A stretch of 64,000 bases of DNA from the NCBI RefSeq assembly GCF_048403405.1, contig NZ_CP183129.1; one strand, written 5' to 3'. The DNA is from Escherichia coli. Lineage in GTDB: Bacteria > Pseudomonadota > Gammaproteobacteria > Enterobacterales > Enterobacteriaceae. Below the pieces are notes generated by a model. That model saw nothing but the letters and a program-made list of their open reading frames with translations. It made no database searches and was not told the origin of the DNA. Each line of letters opens with the position of its first letter. Position 1 is the first letter of the stretch. Positions 1 to 13,720 of the stretch are shown piece after piece. A program made the position numbers and the translations under genes.

Positions 1-1
1 A

Positions 2-382
2 GCAATTAAAATACTGAAAAAAGAGGGTATTACTACACTTGGCACCGCTGTATATAGCGCCGCACAAGGGTTATTAGCCGCACTGGCAGGGGCAAAATAC
101 GTTGCTCCGTATGTTAACCGCGTAGATGCCCAGGGCGGAGACGGCATTCGTACGGTTCAGGAGCTGCAAGCGCTGTTAGAAATGCACGCACCAGAAAGCA
201 TGGTGCTGGCGGCCAGCTTTAAAACGCCGCGTCAGGCGCTGGACTGTTTACTGGCAGGATGTGAATCCATCACCCTGCCCTTAGATGTAGCGCAACAAAT
301 GCTCAACACCCCTGCGGTAGAGTCAGCTATAGAGAAGTTCGAACACGACTGGAATGCCGCATTTGGCACTACTCATCTCTAA
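2..382 (+). CDS. fsaB: fructose-6-phosphate aldolase (FsaB/TalC family), 3' portion; 5' end lies outside the window
   Basis: Open frame from base 2 translates [44 protein letters not shown]...; continuous with ORF 182..382; transaldolase-like fold. Confidence 0.8.
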
Positions 383-392
383 AGGAGCAATT

Positions 393-1496
393 ATGGACCG
401 CATTATTCAATCACCGGGTAAATACATCCAGGGTGCTGATGTGATTAATCGTCTGGGCGAATACCTGAAGCCGCTGGCAGAACGCTGGTTAGTGGTGGGT
501 GACAAATTTGTTTTAGGTTTTGCTCAATCCACTGTCGAGAAAAGCTTTAAAGATGCTGGACTGGTAGTAGAAATTGCGCCGTTTGGCGGTGAATGTTCGC
601 AAAATGAGATCGACCGTCTGCGTGGCATCGCGGAGACTGCGCAGTGTGGCGCAATTCTCGGTATCGGTGGCGGAAAAACTCTCGATACTGCCAAAGCACT
701 GGCACATTTCATGGGTGTTCCGGTAGCGATCGCACCGACTATCGCCTCTACCGACGCACCGTGCAGCGCATTGTCTGTTATCTACACTGATGATGGTGAA
801 TTTGACCGCTATCTGATGTTGCCAAATAACCCGAATATGGTCATTGTCGACACCAAAATCGTCGCTGGCGCACCTGCACGTCTGTTAGCGGCGGGTATCG
901 GCGATGCGCTGGCAACCTGGTTTGAAGCGCGTGCCTGCTCTCGTAGCGGCGCGACTACCATGGCGGGTGGCAAGTGCACCCAGGCGGCGCTGGCACTGGC
1001 AGAACTGTGCTACAACACCCTGCTGGAAGAAGGCGAAAAAGCGATGCTTGCTGCCGAACAGCATGTAGTGACTCCGGCGCTGGAACGCGTGATTGAAGCG
1101 AACACCTATTTGAGCGGTGTTGGTTTTGAAAGCGGCGGACTGGCGGCGGCTCACGCGGTGCATAACGGCCTGACCGCTATCCCGGACGCGCATCACTATT
1201 ATCACGGTGAAAAAGTGGCATTCGGTACGCTGACGCAGCTGGTTCTGGAAAATGCGCCGGTTGAGGAAATCGAAACCGTAGCTGCACTTAGCCATGCGGT
1301 AGGTTTGCCAATAACTCTCGCTCAACTGGATATTAAAGAAGATGTCCCGGCGAAAATGCGAATTGTGGCAGAAGCGGCATGTGCAGAAGGTGAAACCATC
1401 CACAACATGCCTGGCGGCGCGACGCCAGATCAGGTTTACGCTGCACTGCTGGTAGCCGACCAGTACGGTCAGCGTTTCCTGCAAGAGTGGGAATAA
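393..1496 (+). CDS. gldA: glycerol dehydrogenase (Fe-dependent alcohol dehydrogenase family)
   Basis: ORF 354..1496 trimmed to ATG 393 ([17 protein letters not shown]) preceded by AGGAG RBS; 367 aa. Confidence 0.9.
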   Translation: MDRIIQSPGKYIQGADVINRLGEYLKPLAERWLVVGDKFVLGFAQSTVEKSFKDAGLVVEIAPFGGECSQNEIDRLRGIAETAQCGAILGIGGGKTLDTAKALAHFMGVPVAIAPTIASTDAPCSALSVIYTDDGEFDRYLMLPNNPNMVIVDTKIVAGAPARLLAAGIGDALATWFEARACSRSGATTMAGGKCTQAALALAELCYNTLLEEGEKAMLAAEQHVVTPALERVIEANTYLSGVGFESGGLAAAHAVHNGLTAIPDAHHYYHGEKVAFGTLTQLVLENAPVEEIETVAALSHAVGLPITLAQLDIKEDVPAKMRIVAEAACAEGETIHNMPGGATPDQVYAALLVADQYGQRFLQEWE

Positions 1497-1504
1497 CCTA
1501 CTCC

Positions 1505-1530
1505 AAACTCCCGGCTTGTCCGGGAGTTTG
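1505..1530 (+). terminator. stem-loop just downstream of gldA (caaactcccgg-cttgt-ccgggagtttg); no clear T-run
   Basis: Perfect 11 bp inverted repeat directly after gldA stop. Confidence 0.35.
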
Positions 1531-1554
1531 AGAGTGCAGGCAAAGTGGCTCACT

Positions 1555-1690
1555 CGTCACTGCGGGCATGTTTTTCCCCCTCGCCCTTTCAGGGAGAGGG
1601 TCGGAGTGAGGGTAAATATTCGCCCCGGAGCTGGCCTGTTCCCCTCACCCTAACCCTCTCCCCAAAGGGGAGAGGGGACTGTTCGAGCAC
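1555..1690. repeat. GC-rich intergenic repeat cluster (boxC-like: ccctcgccctttcagggagagggt... and cccctcaccctaaccctctccccaaaggggagagggga)
   Basis: Internal inverted repeats; a related copy in the opposite orientation lies at 48445..48612. Confidence 0.6.
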
Positions 1691-1826
1691 TTTTTATACG
1701 TTATCACCCGTCTGAAACTCCCACGTTGTTCAGGAATTTTTTATCCGCTTCTGGACATTTTCTCTACAGAACAATCGTTAGCCCGGAAGGTCGAATCTGT
1801 GACTCTTATTTTCACGGACGAACCAG

Positions 1827-2444
1827 ATGAAAGCTTCACTGGCGCTGGTCAGCCTGCTAACGGCATTTACCAGCCACTCCTTAAAATCTCCCGCCATTCC
1901 ACCAACCGTGGTACAAATTCAGGCCAACACCAACCTTGCCATCGCAGACGGTGCCAGACAGCAAATCGGCAGCACGCTATTTTACGATCCGGCGTATGTG
2001 CAGCTTACCTATCCTGGCGGTGATGTCCCGCGAGAACGCGGCGTATGTTCCGATGTGGTGATCCGCGCCTTGCGCAGCCAGAAGGTCGATTTGCAGAAAC
2101 TGGTTCACGAAGATATGGCGAAGAATTTTGCTGAGTACCCGCAAAAATGGCAGTTAAAGCGCCCGGACAGCAACATCGATCACCGTCGGGTGCCTAATCT
2201 GGAAACCTGGTTTAGCCGCCATGATAAAACACGCCCCACCAGCAAGAACCCCGGTGATTATCAAGCGGGCGATATTGTCTCCTGGCGATTAGATAACGGG
2301 CTGGCGCATATTGGGGTGGTGTCAGATGGCTTCGCCCGCGACGGTACGCCGCTGGTGATACATAACATTGGCGCAGGCGCGCAGGAAGAAGACGTGCTGT
2401 TTAGCTGGCGGATGGTGGGGCACTATCGGTATTTTGTTAAATAA
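1827..2444 (+). CDS. yijF: DUF1287-family secreted protein YijF
   Basis: 205 aa ORF with N-terminal signal peptide (MKASLALVSLLTAFTSHS); matches my recollection of YijF. Confidence 0.8.
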   Translation: MKASLALVSLLTAFTSHSLKSPAIPPTVVQIQANTNLAIADGARQQIGSTLFYDPAYVQLTYPGGDVPRERGVCSDVVIRALRSQKVDLQKLVHEDMAKNFAEYPQKWQLKRPDSNIDHRRVPNLETWFSRHDKTRPTSKNPGDYQAGDIVSWRLDNGLAHIGVVSDGFARDGTPLVIHNIGAGAQEEDVLFSWRMVGHYRYFVK

Positions 2445-2470
2445 GCGATCGCCCCACATGAAGAAAAAAT

Positions 2471-3376
2471 TCAGATGTTTTTTACACTGACAGCTTCTTT
2501 TTTCTTACGGCTCACCAGCGCCAGTGCCAGCACAATCAGCACAATACCGCTACCTTCAACGGCCCCCGGATTCTCACCGAGCAGCCACCAGGAAAAGAGT
2601 ACGCCGCAAACGGGAACGGCCAGTGTGCTTAAGCTGGCAATACTGGCAGGCAAGTTTTTCAGCACAAACAGCCATAAGCTCCACGCCAGCGCCGTCGCCA
2701 GAATCGCACTGTAGGCCAGCGCCCAGAACACGGTGGGCTGCCAGTCAATTTCACGTTGTGGCACCAGTAAAGCGACCGCACTCATCACCAGCGCCGCATA
2801 AAGCATCTGCCAGGATGTTAACGACAATAAATCCACGCGTGGATGGCGGGCGTATAGGCGTTTCGCGACAATCGCGCTCGCCCCCCAACTAACACCGGAG
2901 AGGATTGCCAGCAGGGCACTTTTCATCGAAGAGAAATCGAGTTGCCACGGCTGCAACACCAAAAATAAGCCGAAAGCGGCAATCAGTATCGCGAAATATT
3001 GCCCACGTCGCAGGCGTTCACCGAGAAACAACGCGGCGAAAATCACCACCCAGAACGGCATGGTATAGCTCAGGATCGCCACCTTCCCCGCTCCTCCGCT
3101 AACCAGCGCCCACTGCGCCAGGCCAACCATCCCACAGGTTTGTAACAGGGCAATGGCTAAGGTGTATTTAAACGGTGTCGGGCGCATTCCGCGACCACGT
3201 AATAAAAGGACAATGAATAAAACGAGAGCGCCGAAAATGCAGCGTAAGGCGGTGAAGTCGAAGGCACCGATGTAGCTGGTGACTTGCTTCATGAAAATCC
3301 AGCTATAACTCCAGATAAGTGTGAGCACAACCAGGCCACTGATTGCCAGTGGGTTGCTCTTTCCTGCGGCAGACAT
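2471..3376 (-). CDS. yijE: EamA/DMT-family inner membrane transporter YijE
   Basis: ORF 2471..3409 trimmed to ATG 3376 ([14 protein letters not shown]...); 301 aa, multiple hydrophobic helices. Confidence 0.8.
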   Translation of the reverse strand: MSAAGKSNPLAISGLVVLTLIWSYSWIFMKQVTSYIGAFDFTALRCIFGALVLFIVLLLRGRGMRPTPFKYTLAIALLQTCGMVGLAQWALVSGGAGKVAILSYTMPFWVVIFAALFLGERLRRGQYFAILIAAFGLFLVLQPWQLDFSSMKSALLAILSGVSWGASAIVAKRLYARHPRVDLLSLTSWQMLYAALVMSAVALLVPQREIDWQPTVFWALAYSAILATALAWSLWLFVLKNLPASIASLSTLAVPVCGVLFSWWLLGENPGAVEGSGIVLIVLALALVSRKKKEAVSVKNI

Positions 3377-3427
3377 GAGAGATCCAGTGTGTAGTTTTCC
3401 TGTGGACACTATACGCCGGTAAAGAAA

Positions 3428-3460
3428 CTTCAGCGACTGCCATCAGGCAGTCGCTGAAGA
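3428..3460 (-). terminator. rho-independent terminator of katG
   Basis: cttcagcgactgcc-atcag-ggcagtcgctgaag hairpin followed by a T-run on the minus strand, 9 bp after katG stop. Confidence 0.7.
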
Positions 3461-3468
3461 AGGTCAGA

Positions 3469-5703
<2,235 letters not shown>

Positions 5704-5727
5704 TTATAATTGAATTAATCCACGGAT

Positions 5728-5790
5728 GCGATAGTTGAGATCTTACATATTGTTGGTTAAAGAGATGTAGATCAAATTGATCGTAATTAA
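5728..5790 (-). promoter_or_regulatory. katG promoter / OxyR binding region
   Basis: Minus-strand sequence ...gatcaatttgatctacatctctttaaccaacaatatgtaagatctcaactatc... matches the katG OxyR site as I remember it. Confidence 0.45.
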
Positions 5791-5977
5791 GCTTTTTTGA
5801 TTATGTCCGAATTCGGACAAATGCTTTATAAAAAAGGGTTTTAGCTTTATATCCTTCAAGTAATGAGGGAGAAAACAAGGCTGATAACCTTATTTTCCCG
5901 CCCTCATTTCGAGGCAGCATTTTGTGCTCTGTTTAAAATTTGTGATCACTGTGTGATTTTCACAAAAGGCACAATAC

Positions 5978-6871
<894 letters not shown>

Positions 6872-6910
6872 TTACCTCATCAATCGCTTGTAGTTATATG
6901 TTGTGTTGTG

Positions 6911-6950
6911 AACATCTATCCATTTAGACGTCCAGATGTAAAGATGAAGG
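6911..6950 (-). promoter_or_regulatory. metF operator: tandem MetJ met boxes (aacatcta / agacgtcc / agatgtaa / agatgaag)
   Basis: Tandem 8-bp repeats close to the AGACGTCT consensus about 40-80 bp upstream of metF start. Confidence 0.7.
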
Positions 6951-7140
6951 AAAAGCCGAGGGGCGTCAACCGAAAAATGACCAATGATGGTGAGGAAAAA
7001 TCAGGGAAGTTGAAAAAAACTCATCTTAATTAGAGGCGATAAAAGATTTCTCTATAGCGCAATCCACCTCGCACGTTTTGACTGATATTCTGACAACACA
7101 GCGACACCTGGGCTTATTCGAAAAACAACGTCCTGCCACC

Positions 7141-7200
7141 GGATGGTGATGCTAAGGCATCTGATTCGGCCTGCGCCCTCGCGTAGGCCGAATACTGGAT
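7141..7200. repeat. REP-like palindromic unit (attcggcct-gcgccctcgcgt-aggccgaat)
   Basis: 9 bp perfect inverted repeat, GC-rich, intergenic. Confidence 0.4.
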
Positions 7201-7249
7201 CTGCAAAATCAACTGGTAACAAACAGATGAATCAACTCAATACGTACTT

Positions 7250-8803
7250 TTACTTGATATCTTTCACGCGCATACCGTTGATCTGTTCATCCGTGATGGT
7301 GTTACCCGCTTTGAAGTAATCAACCACGGCGTGATAAACGTAATAACCGCCCGTTGTGTTACGCGCTTTCCCTTCGGTAAAGGCGGTAAAACCATCTCCA
7401 CCATCAGCAAGGAAACTCTGAGTAGCAATGTGGTAAATCGTCGCATCTTCAATGGGTTTGCCATTCAGAGTCAGCGTGATTACCCGCTGACCAACCGGCT
7501 TACTGCTGTCGTACTTCATTTCCAGGCCTTTCGATACCTGTAAAACGCCATTACTTAAACTTGCGCCGTGTTCCATCAAACTGCGTAATTGTTTACCCGT
7601 GAGATCCATCGTCACCAGTTCGTTGGGAAACGGGAAGGTACTGATGACGCCGCCCATCGTAATCGCCCCTGCGGGGATCTCATTGCGAATGCCGCCAGAG
7701 TTGGTTAACGCCAATTGGGTGTTTTTACCCGCCGCTACCAGTAAAGCATCAGCCGCCAGGTTCCCGAGGGAAGCCGATTCACCATAGGCACGTTTTAATT
7801 CAACCGGCGATTTCGCGACCGTTTGTTGCACCACTTCATCAAGCTTTTTATTCCAGCCGTCGATCACCTGTTTTGTTTGCGGATCGGGCTTCCACTCGTC
7901 GGCGTAAATGGTTTTAAGCTCGAAGTTTTTCACCGTAAAATCATGCGGCTTCTCTTTGTAGTCGAGAACCAGTTTGCCCACATCAATCCCGCCGCTGTCA
8001 GTGGAGAGGATGAGCGTATTGCCGACTTTAATCGGTTCCGGCGTACCCACATGCGCATGTCCGGTGATCAAAATATCCAGCCCTTTCACCTGACTTGCCG
8101 TCTGAATATCTTTATCCAGCGCGCGACGCACATCTGTGCCTCCCATACTGGACTGGCGGGCCGGAACACCTTCATGGATCAGGGCGACGGTCAAATCAAC
8201 CTTGCCTTTAAGTTCATCGATATAACGTTGTAGCCATTTAATTTCATCACGCGCTTCAATCCCCACTCGCGTTGCCGCAGATACCGTGTCATTAAAGGCA
8301 AATACACCGTGCAAACCTATAACGCCTATTTTCACGCCGTCTTTTTCGATGATGGTATATGGCTTATCCCAGAATGATTTACTGCTGTTCTGATAAAAAA
8401 CATTGCCCTGCACAATAGGGAATTTTGCCTGACTCAACTGTAATAATGTGTTGTCCCAGCCGTGGTCAAATTCATGGTTGCCTATCGTGACGGCATCAAA
8501 CGGCATAGTATTCATAATATCGATAATAGCCTTACCTTTGGTCAGGCTGCTGATATATGGCCCGGTAAAATAATCACCCGCATCAAAAAACCATGTCGCT
8601 TTATTTTTTGCTTTTTCTTGCTTAACCAGCGTAGTGATATTTGCCCAGCCGCCAATATCCCGTTTACCATCAGCGATCCACGGCACTTTATAAGGCTCGA
8701 CATGCGCATGGAGGTCGTTGGTATAAATGATGGTGACATCTTTGGCGCAAGCCCAAAACGGCAGTGTTAATGCGATACCCGCAGCAAGTATTTTAATTTT
8801 CAT
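7250..8803 (-). CDS. periplasmic bifunctional metallophosphatase/5'-nucleotidase (UshA/YfkN family)
   Basis: 517 aa; signal peptide [20 protein letters not shown]; calcineurin-like motifs NDLHAH, GDYFTG, GNHEFD, GHAH; C-terminal 5'-nucleotidase-like region; RBS aaggga. Confidence 0.8.
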   Translation of the reverse strand: MKIKILAAGIALTLPFWACAKDVTIIYTNDLHAHVEPYKVPWIADGKRDIGGWANITTLVKQEKAKNKATWFFDAGDYFTGPYISSLTKGKAIIDIMNTMPFDAVTIGNHEFDHGWDNTLLQLSQAKFPIVQGNVFYQNSSKSFWDKPYTIIEKDGVKIGVIGLHGVFAFNDTVSAATRVGIEARDEIKWLQRYIDELKGKVDLTVALIHEGVPARQSSMGGTDVRRALDKDIQTASQVKGLDILITGHAHVGTPEPIKVGNTLILSTDSGGIDVGKLVLDYKEKPHDFTVKNFELKTIYADEWKPDPQTKQVIDGWNKKLDEVVQQTVAKSPVELKRAYGESASLGNLAADALLVAAGKNTQLALTNSGGIRNEIPAGAITMGGVISTFPFPNELVTMDLTGKQLRSLMEHGASLSNGVLQVSKGLEMKYDSSKPVGQRVITLTLNGKPIEDATIYHIATQSFLADGGDGFTAFTEGKARNTTGGYYVYHAVVDYFKAGNTITDEQINGMRVKDIK

Positions 8804-8935
8804 AAACAGTCCCTTTCAGTGAGATAAAGGATTGCTACATTACGTTCTGAAAGAGTTATTTATGTGAGAGTAATCACATCCACAGGGGAGCGTTGCCGGA
8901 CAAAATCAACGACCATGTGAAATCGTTGGTGATAT

Positions 8936-10066
8936 ATGTCGACTCTGTTTACGATTAATGCCTGCAAGTCGTTTGGTTGCCGTAATTTAGGGCAGCCAAC
9001 ATCTAAAGATTATAGCTGGCCCGACTATCGGCTGGGTTATCCGGCATTGCACTGTCGGGCATGTGGCAGTTACCCGCCGTTGTTTGACGAGCAACAATTT
9101 CGTGACTGGTTGTCAGTTCACTTATCTACTTTTGCAACAGAGAAAGGCCATTTTTGCCCGGTATGTTATGGCACAAAGACGATTTGTTATGGCCACAATC
9201 CACAGGGGTCGCAACGCATTCAATGTCGTAACTGCAAAAAAGTCTGGACACCTAAACAATATCAGAAAGAAATAACGCCTCCTGAAATAATCGAAACGGT
9301 TGCTCTTCTGGTGCCATTTCAGGGAGCCAGCAATGGGCAGAAACTGTATGTTTTAATCAGTTTTGATGCTCTTCGCGGTAATATTCTTCATCTTTCTACT
9401 AATTACACGCAGCATCAGGCTGGAGAAAGTCTGCATTATCGATACAGAGGGAATGCAGAACCAGAGTTACACGAGAGTAATATTGTACAACGCGTTGATA
9501 TGCGCGAAGCACAATTTCTACGCCGCAGTCAGTTTGATGAAATTCAGTATGGCAGCGCAGCGCTCAAACGCAATGCTAAAGGTGTTATTCTGCGTCCGGT
9601 TATCACTGCACACGGGCATTTCAGAGTACTGAATATTTTATTCCCTACAGTAAAAACACATGTAATTTCACACGAGTGTTTTTTAAGAGGTGCGATTATT
9701 ACGGCCTGGGCAGAACTGTTTCGCCAACAGCAAGGTGAGATTTGGTTTATTGAAGAGGAAATAGCTGACTATACCGATAATACGCCCTGGCGTTTTCAGG
9801 GAAAAACTTATCACGGCTGGTGGAAAAATCAGTGGCAACTCTGGGTTCAGGGCAAAAATCGTAAAATGGTATGTGCATTAACGGGCGGAAATATCAGCAA
9901 AGCTGAAATGCTCTCTTTAGCAACCAGCAGACATTTTATCGACTGGCTACATAAACAAGCAGTATTTACTCACAGCGCCCCGCTTTCCGCAGGGCGCGTT
10001 ACGCAAATACTGCTTTCTCTGGCTCAGGATTACAACAACTGCGCCAGGCGGTTAATATCCGACTGA
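8936..10066 (+). CDS. hypothetical Cys-rich protein with N-terminal zinc-ribbon motifs (CxxC...CxxC), function unknown
   Basis: 376 aa ORF; CRACGS, CPVCYG-x19-CRNCKK reminiscent of IS1/IS1595 transposase zinc ribbons; 3' end overlaps the metL 3' end convergently. Confidence 0.5.
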   Translation: MSTLFTINACKSFGCRNLGQPTSKDYSWPDYRLGYPALHCRACGSYPPLFDEQQFRDWLSVHLSTFATEKGHFCPVCYGTKTICYGHNPQGSQRIQCRNCKKVWTPKQYQKEITPPEIIETVALLVPFQGASNGQKLYVLISFDALRGNILHLSTNYTQHQAGESLHYRYRGNAEPELHESNIVQRVDMREAQFLRRSQFDEIQYGSAALKRNAKGVILRPVITAHGHFRVLNILFPTVKTHVISHECFLRGAIITAWAELFRQQQGEIWFIEEEIADYTDNTPWRFQGKTYHGWWKNQWQLWVQGKNRKMVCALTGGNISKAEMLSLATSRHFIDWLHKQAVFTHSAPLSAGRVTQILLSLAQDYNNCARRLISD

Positions 10067-12462
10067 ATCGCCCCTGCGGTGACGTCGCGCCCCGCGCCAG
10101 GCCCACGGATCACCAGAGGGTTATCGCGATACCAGCGGCTTTCGATGGCAAAGACGTTATCGCACGGCAGCAGTGATGCCAGCGGATGGTCTTCACGCAC
10201 CGCTTCCACGCCCACACGCGCTTTGCCATTGGCATCGAAACGCGCCACGTAGCGCAGCACCAGCCCCATTTCGCGGGCCGCTTCCAGCCGTTGCACCATC
10301 TGCTCGTTAAGTTCATCGCCGTTTTCAAAGAAATGGTCGATGCTACCACCTTCGCAATGGGCAGGCACCAGCGATTCCACGCGCACCTGATCTGGTTCGA
10401 TGTCGTAACCCGCTTCACGCGCCAGAATCACCAGCTTGCGCATCACGTCTTTGCCGGAAAGGTCATCACGCGGATCAGGCTCGGTTAAGCCCTGCTGCCA
10501 CGCCTGATCCACCAGCTCGGTAAACGGCACGCTACCGTCGAATTGCAGGAACAGCCAGGAGAGCGTGCCGGAGAAGATCCCACTGATCGACAAAATAGTA
10601 TCGCCGCTGTCGATCAGATCGCGCACGGTATGGTTGATCGGCAAGCCCGCACCGACGGTGGCGTTGTACAGCCAGTGACGCCCGGTTTTTTCGAAGGCGT
10701 CGTGGATCTGGCGATATTTATTGCTGTCGCTGGCTCCCGCCAGTTTGTTGGCGCTGATGACGTGGAAACCGTGGCTGGCAAAATCGAGATACTGATCAGC
10801 AAGCTGCTGGCTGGCGGTAACGTCCAACACCACTAAATCATCATACGGATGGGCGCGCATCCACAGGAACAGCGACTCTTCATCCTGCTCGACCGCTTCA
10901 TCGTTGAAGAAGGCTAACGCGCGGCTGGCGTCCAGCCCGTCATAACTCAACAGGCTACGGCGGCTGTCCACCACGCCTGCCAGCACAAATTCAAAGCCGG
11001 TACGCGCCGAGAGCGTGCTCTGCTCACGGGCGAACAGTTCCAGCCAGCGGGAACCGATATTGCCCTTGCCGAACAATACCAGGCCGATGCGTTTTTCTGC
11101 GCGGAAGACGGACTGATGCAGCCCCTGAATCAGGCTTTCGGTCGGTCCGGTGCGCAGTACTGCCACCAGGCTGATGCCGTCATCCGACTGCCAGGTAAAT
11201 TCGACCGGCTGGCCTTTCAGTTGCTGCCAGAAGCGGTGGCAATGCAGCGGGTTACGGGTTACGCCCGCCCCAACCATCGCCACCAGCGCCAGCCCCTGAC
11301 GCAGGCGCAGTTCGCCAGGTAATCCCGCTTCGTCGAGGATTTTCAGCGCACTGTCGGCCACTTCTGAGGTGTAGCAAAATTGCAGCAACTGGCGATCGTT
11401 ATGTACGCCAACCGCCAGTGGGCGCACCTGAGCACGTTTCAGGATCTGGTCGATCTCTTTATGCGCCAGTTTGAAATCCTGGCTGGTGGGCACCTGAAAC
11501 TCAATCAAGCAGACATCATCGTGGCTGGTGACAATACGCGCACCAGTACCGGAGGCCAGCACGCGTTCAATGCGCGTGGAACCTTGATCCGGCGTGTAGC
11601 TACAGCGCAGCTGCAGGTCAATTTCGCTGCCAGAAACCGGCTGTAAAGTACGGGCGTGAAGAACGGGAGCCGCCAGACGCGCCAGTTCGCTGGCCTCATC
11701 CAGACGCAGCAACGGCAGCAGGCAGGCATCTTTCACTTTACGCGGGTCGGCACTGTATACCCCGGCGACGTCGCTCCAGATGGTGACGCGAGAAACACCC
11801 GCCAGCGCACCGATTTGTGTCGCGGAATAGTCGGAACCGTTACGCCCCAGCAGCACCGTTTCACCGGCGTTGTTACGGCTGATAAACCCGGTCACCACCA
11901 GACGTTTGCCCGGATGTTGCACCAGTAGCTGTTGCAGCAACGGGTAAGAAAGCCCTTCATCAACCTGCGGTTGCGCAGCGCGTTCAGCGCGTAAAAACTC
12001 GCGGGCATCCAGCCAGGCCGCTGGCAGCCCTTGTTGATTAAGTACCGCAGACATCAGGCGCGCCGACCACACTTCGCCGTGGCCCACCACTTCCGCATAC
12101 ACCGCGTCGTTAATACCGCTGTCGAGCAGCGCCGCCAGGCGTTCCAGATCGCTGACAAAAGCGCTAATGAGGCTATCGGCTTCTTCGGCGGGTAACAGGC
12201 CGCTAATCAGATCGCACTGATAGCGACGCAGCGTTTGTTGAACCTGATGCGCAGAGAGACGATCGGTCTGGCTTAGTTTCAACCAGTTAATCAACTGGTT
12301 AGTGGTGCTACCGGCGGCGGAAACCACCATCATATCGTCAGGCTGAGAGTACTCCGCCATAATGCCCGCGACACGCAAATAACACTTCACATCAGCCAGA
12401 CTACTGCCACCAAATTTATGCAGTTGACGACCTTTCGCCCCTGCCTGCGCAATCACACTCAT
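10030..12462 (-). CDS. metL: bifunctional aspartokinase II / homoserine dehydrogenase II
   Basis: 810 aa; MSVIAQAGAKGRQLHKFGGSSLADVKCY... Confidence 0.95.
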   Translation of the reverse strand: MSVIAQAGAKGRQLHKFGGSSLADVKCYLRVAGIMAEYSQPDDMMVVSAAGSTTNQLINWLKLSQTDRLSAHQVQQTLRRYQCDLISGLLPAEEADSLISAFVSDLERLAALLDSGINDAVYAEVVGHGEVWSARLMSAVLNQQGLPAAWLDAREFLRAERAAQPQVDEGLSYPLLQQLLVQHPGKRLVVTGFISRNNAGETVLLGRNGSDYSATQIGALAGVSRVTIWSDVAGVYSADPRKVKDACLLPLLRLDEASELARLAAPVLHARTLQPVSGSEIDLQLRCSYTPDQGSTRIERVLASGTGARIVTSHDDVCLIEFQVPTSQDFKLAHKEIDQILKRAQVRPLAVGVHNDRQLLQFCYTSEVADSALKILDEAGLPGELRLRQGLALVAMVGAGVTRNPLHCHRFWQQLKGQPVEFTWQSDDGISLVAVLRTGPTESLIQGLHQSVFRAEKRIGLVLFGKGNIGSRWLELFAREQSTLSARTGFEFVLAGVVDSRRSLLSYDGLDASRALAFFNDEAVEQDEESLFLWMRAHPYDDLVVLDVTASQQLADQYLDFASHGFHVISANKLAGASDSNKYRQIHDAFEKTGRHWLYNATVGAGLPINHTVRDLIDSGDTILSISGIFSGTLSWLFLQFDGSVPFTELVDQAWQQGLTEPDPRDDLSGKDVMRKLVILAREAGYDIEPDQVRVESLVPAHCEGGSIDHFFENGDELNEQMVQRLEAAREMGLVLRYVARFDANGKARVGVEAVREDHPLASLLPCDNVFAIESRWYRDNPLVIRGPGAGRDVTAGAIQSDINRLAQLL

Positions 12463-12464
12463 TT

Positions 12465-13625
12465 TTACCCCTTGTTTGCAGCCCGGAAGCCATTTTCCAG
12501 GTCGGCAATTAAATCTTCGCCATCTTCAATACCGGTGGAGATACGCAGCAGCGTCTCTGAGATCCCGGCGGCAGCACGCGCTTCTGGTGCCATGCCTGCA
12601 TGTGTCATGGTTGCGGCGTGAGAGATTAAACTTTCCACTCCCCCTAATGATTCCGCCAGCGTAAACAACGACAGCCCGCCCAGGAAACGACGCAGCGTCT
12701 GCTCATCGCCATCCAGTTCAAAACTCAACATTGCGCCAAAGCCTTTTTGCTGGCGCGCGGCAATTTCATGCCCCTGATTTTCCGGCAGCGACGGGTGATA
12801 CAGTTTTTTCACCAACGGCTGGGTTTGCAGATATTTCACAATCGCCTGCGCGTTGCGCTGGGCCAGCTCCATACGCGGCACCAGAGTTCGCAAACCGCGT
12901 AGCAGCAGATAGCTGTCAAACGCGCCGCCCGTCACGCCAATATTGTTTGCCCACCAGGCCAGTTCGGTGACAACGTCCGGATCTTTAGCAATCACCACGC
13001 CGGCCACCACGTCTGAGTGACCGTTCAGATATTTCGTGCATGAATGCAACACCAGATCGGCACCTAATGCCAGCGGATTTTGTAATGCCGGGCTTAAGAA
13101 GGTGTTATCCACCACACTCACCGCCCCGACTTCCCTTGCCAGATGGCAGATTTTCGCAATATCCACGACGCGTAACAATGGATTACTTGGGCTTTCTACC
13201 AGTATCAGTTTGGGGTTTTCTGCCAGCGCTGCCCGTAATGCCTGTTCATCGCCTTGATCAACAAACAACACGCGATAGCAACCGCGTTTCGCCAGGCTGT
13301 CGAACAGGCGATAGCTACCGCCGTAGCAGTCGTGCGGCGCAACCAGCAGATCGCCAGGTTTCAAAAAGACGGTCGTTACCAGGTGAATCGCGGACATGCC
13401 GGTATTAGTAAGTACGGCACCGGCACCGCCTTCCAGTTCTGCCAGCGCACGCTGAACCACATCGCGCGTTGGGTTGCCACGACGCGAGTAATCATGCGCG
13501 CGCGGTTCATTAAATCCGGTAAAGTTATAGGTGCTGGAAAGATGGATCGGTGGGACAACGCAACCATACTGTTCGTCGTCATTTAACCCGCTACGCACTG
13601 CGATGGTGGCCTGTTTACGCGTCAT
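12465..13625 (-). CDS. metB: cystathionine gamma-synthase
   Basis: ORF 12465..13802 trimmed to ATG 13625 (MTRKQATIAVRSGLNDDEQYG); 386 aa; PLP-dependent; 2 nt upstream of metL. Confidence 0.95.
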   Translation of the reverse strand: MTRKQATIAVRSGLNDDEQYGCVVPPIHLSSTYNFTGFNEPRAHDYSRRGNPTRDVVQRALAELEGGAGAVLTNTGMSAIHLVTTVFLKPGDLLVAPHDCYGGSYRLFDSLAKRGCYRVLFVDQGDEQALRAALAENPKLILVESPSNPLLRVVDIAKICHLAREVGAVSVVDNTFLSPALQNPLALGADLVLHSCTKYLNGHSDVVAGVVIAKDPDVVTELAWWANNIGVTGGAFDSYLLLRGLRTLVPRMELAQRNAQAIVKYLQTQPLVKKLYHPSLPENQGHEIAARQQKGFGAMLSFELDGDEQTLRRFLGGLSLFTLAESLGGVESLISHAATMTHAGMAPEARAAAGISETLLRISTGIEDGEDLIADLENGFRAANKG

Positions 13626-13686
13626 GTGATGAAGTTCCCTGGGCTTGGTCGGTGAAATGTCAGGCACCAGAGTAAACATTGTGTTA

Positions 13687-13720
13687 ATGGACGTCAATAC
13701 ATCTGGACATCTAAACTTCT
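13687..13720. promoter_or_regulatory. metB/metJ divergent operator: tandem met boxes (ggacgtca atacatct ggacatct aaacttct)
   Basis: Four contiguous 8-bp AGACGTCT-like repeats in the metB-metJ intergenic region. Confidence 0.75.

Noticed and set aside
8936-10066. Calling the zinc-ribbon ORF an intact IS1/IS1595 transposase
   Set aside because: Only the N-terminal zinc-ribbon pattern resembles transposases; I could not see a convincing DDE triad or flanking inverted repeats, so it is left as hypothetical.
7250-10066. Interpreting the 5'-nucleotidase + zinc-ribbon pair as an anti-phage defence system
   Set aside because: The nucleotidase has a signal peptide and looks like a periplasmic scavenging enzyme; there are no nuclease, ATPase or abortive-infection hallmarks, so there is no sequence basis for a defence call.
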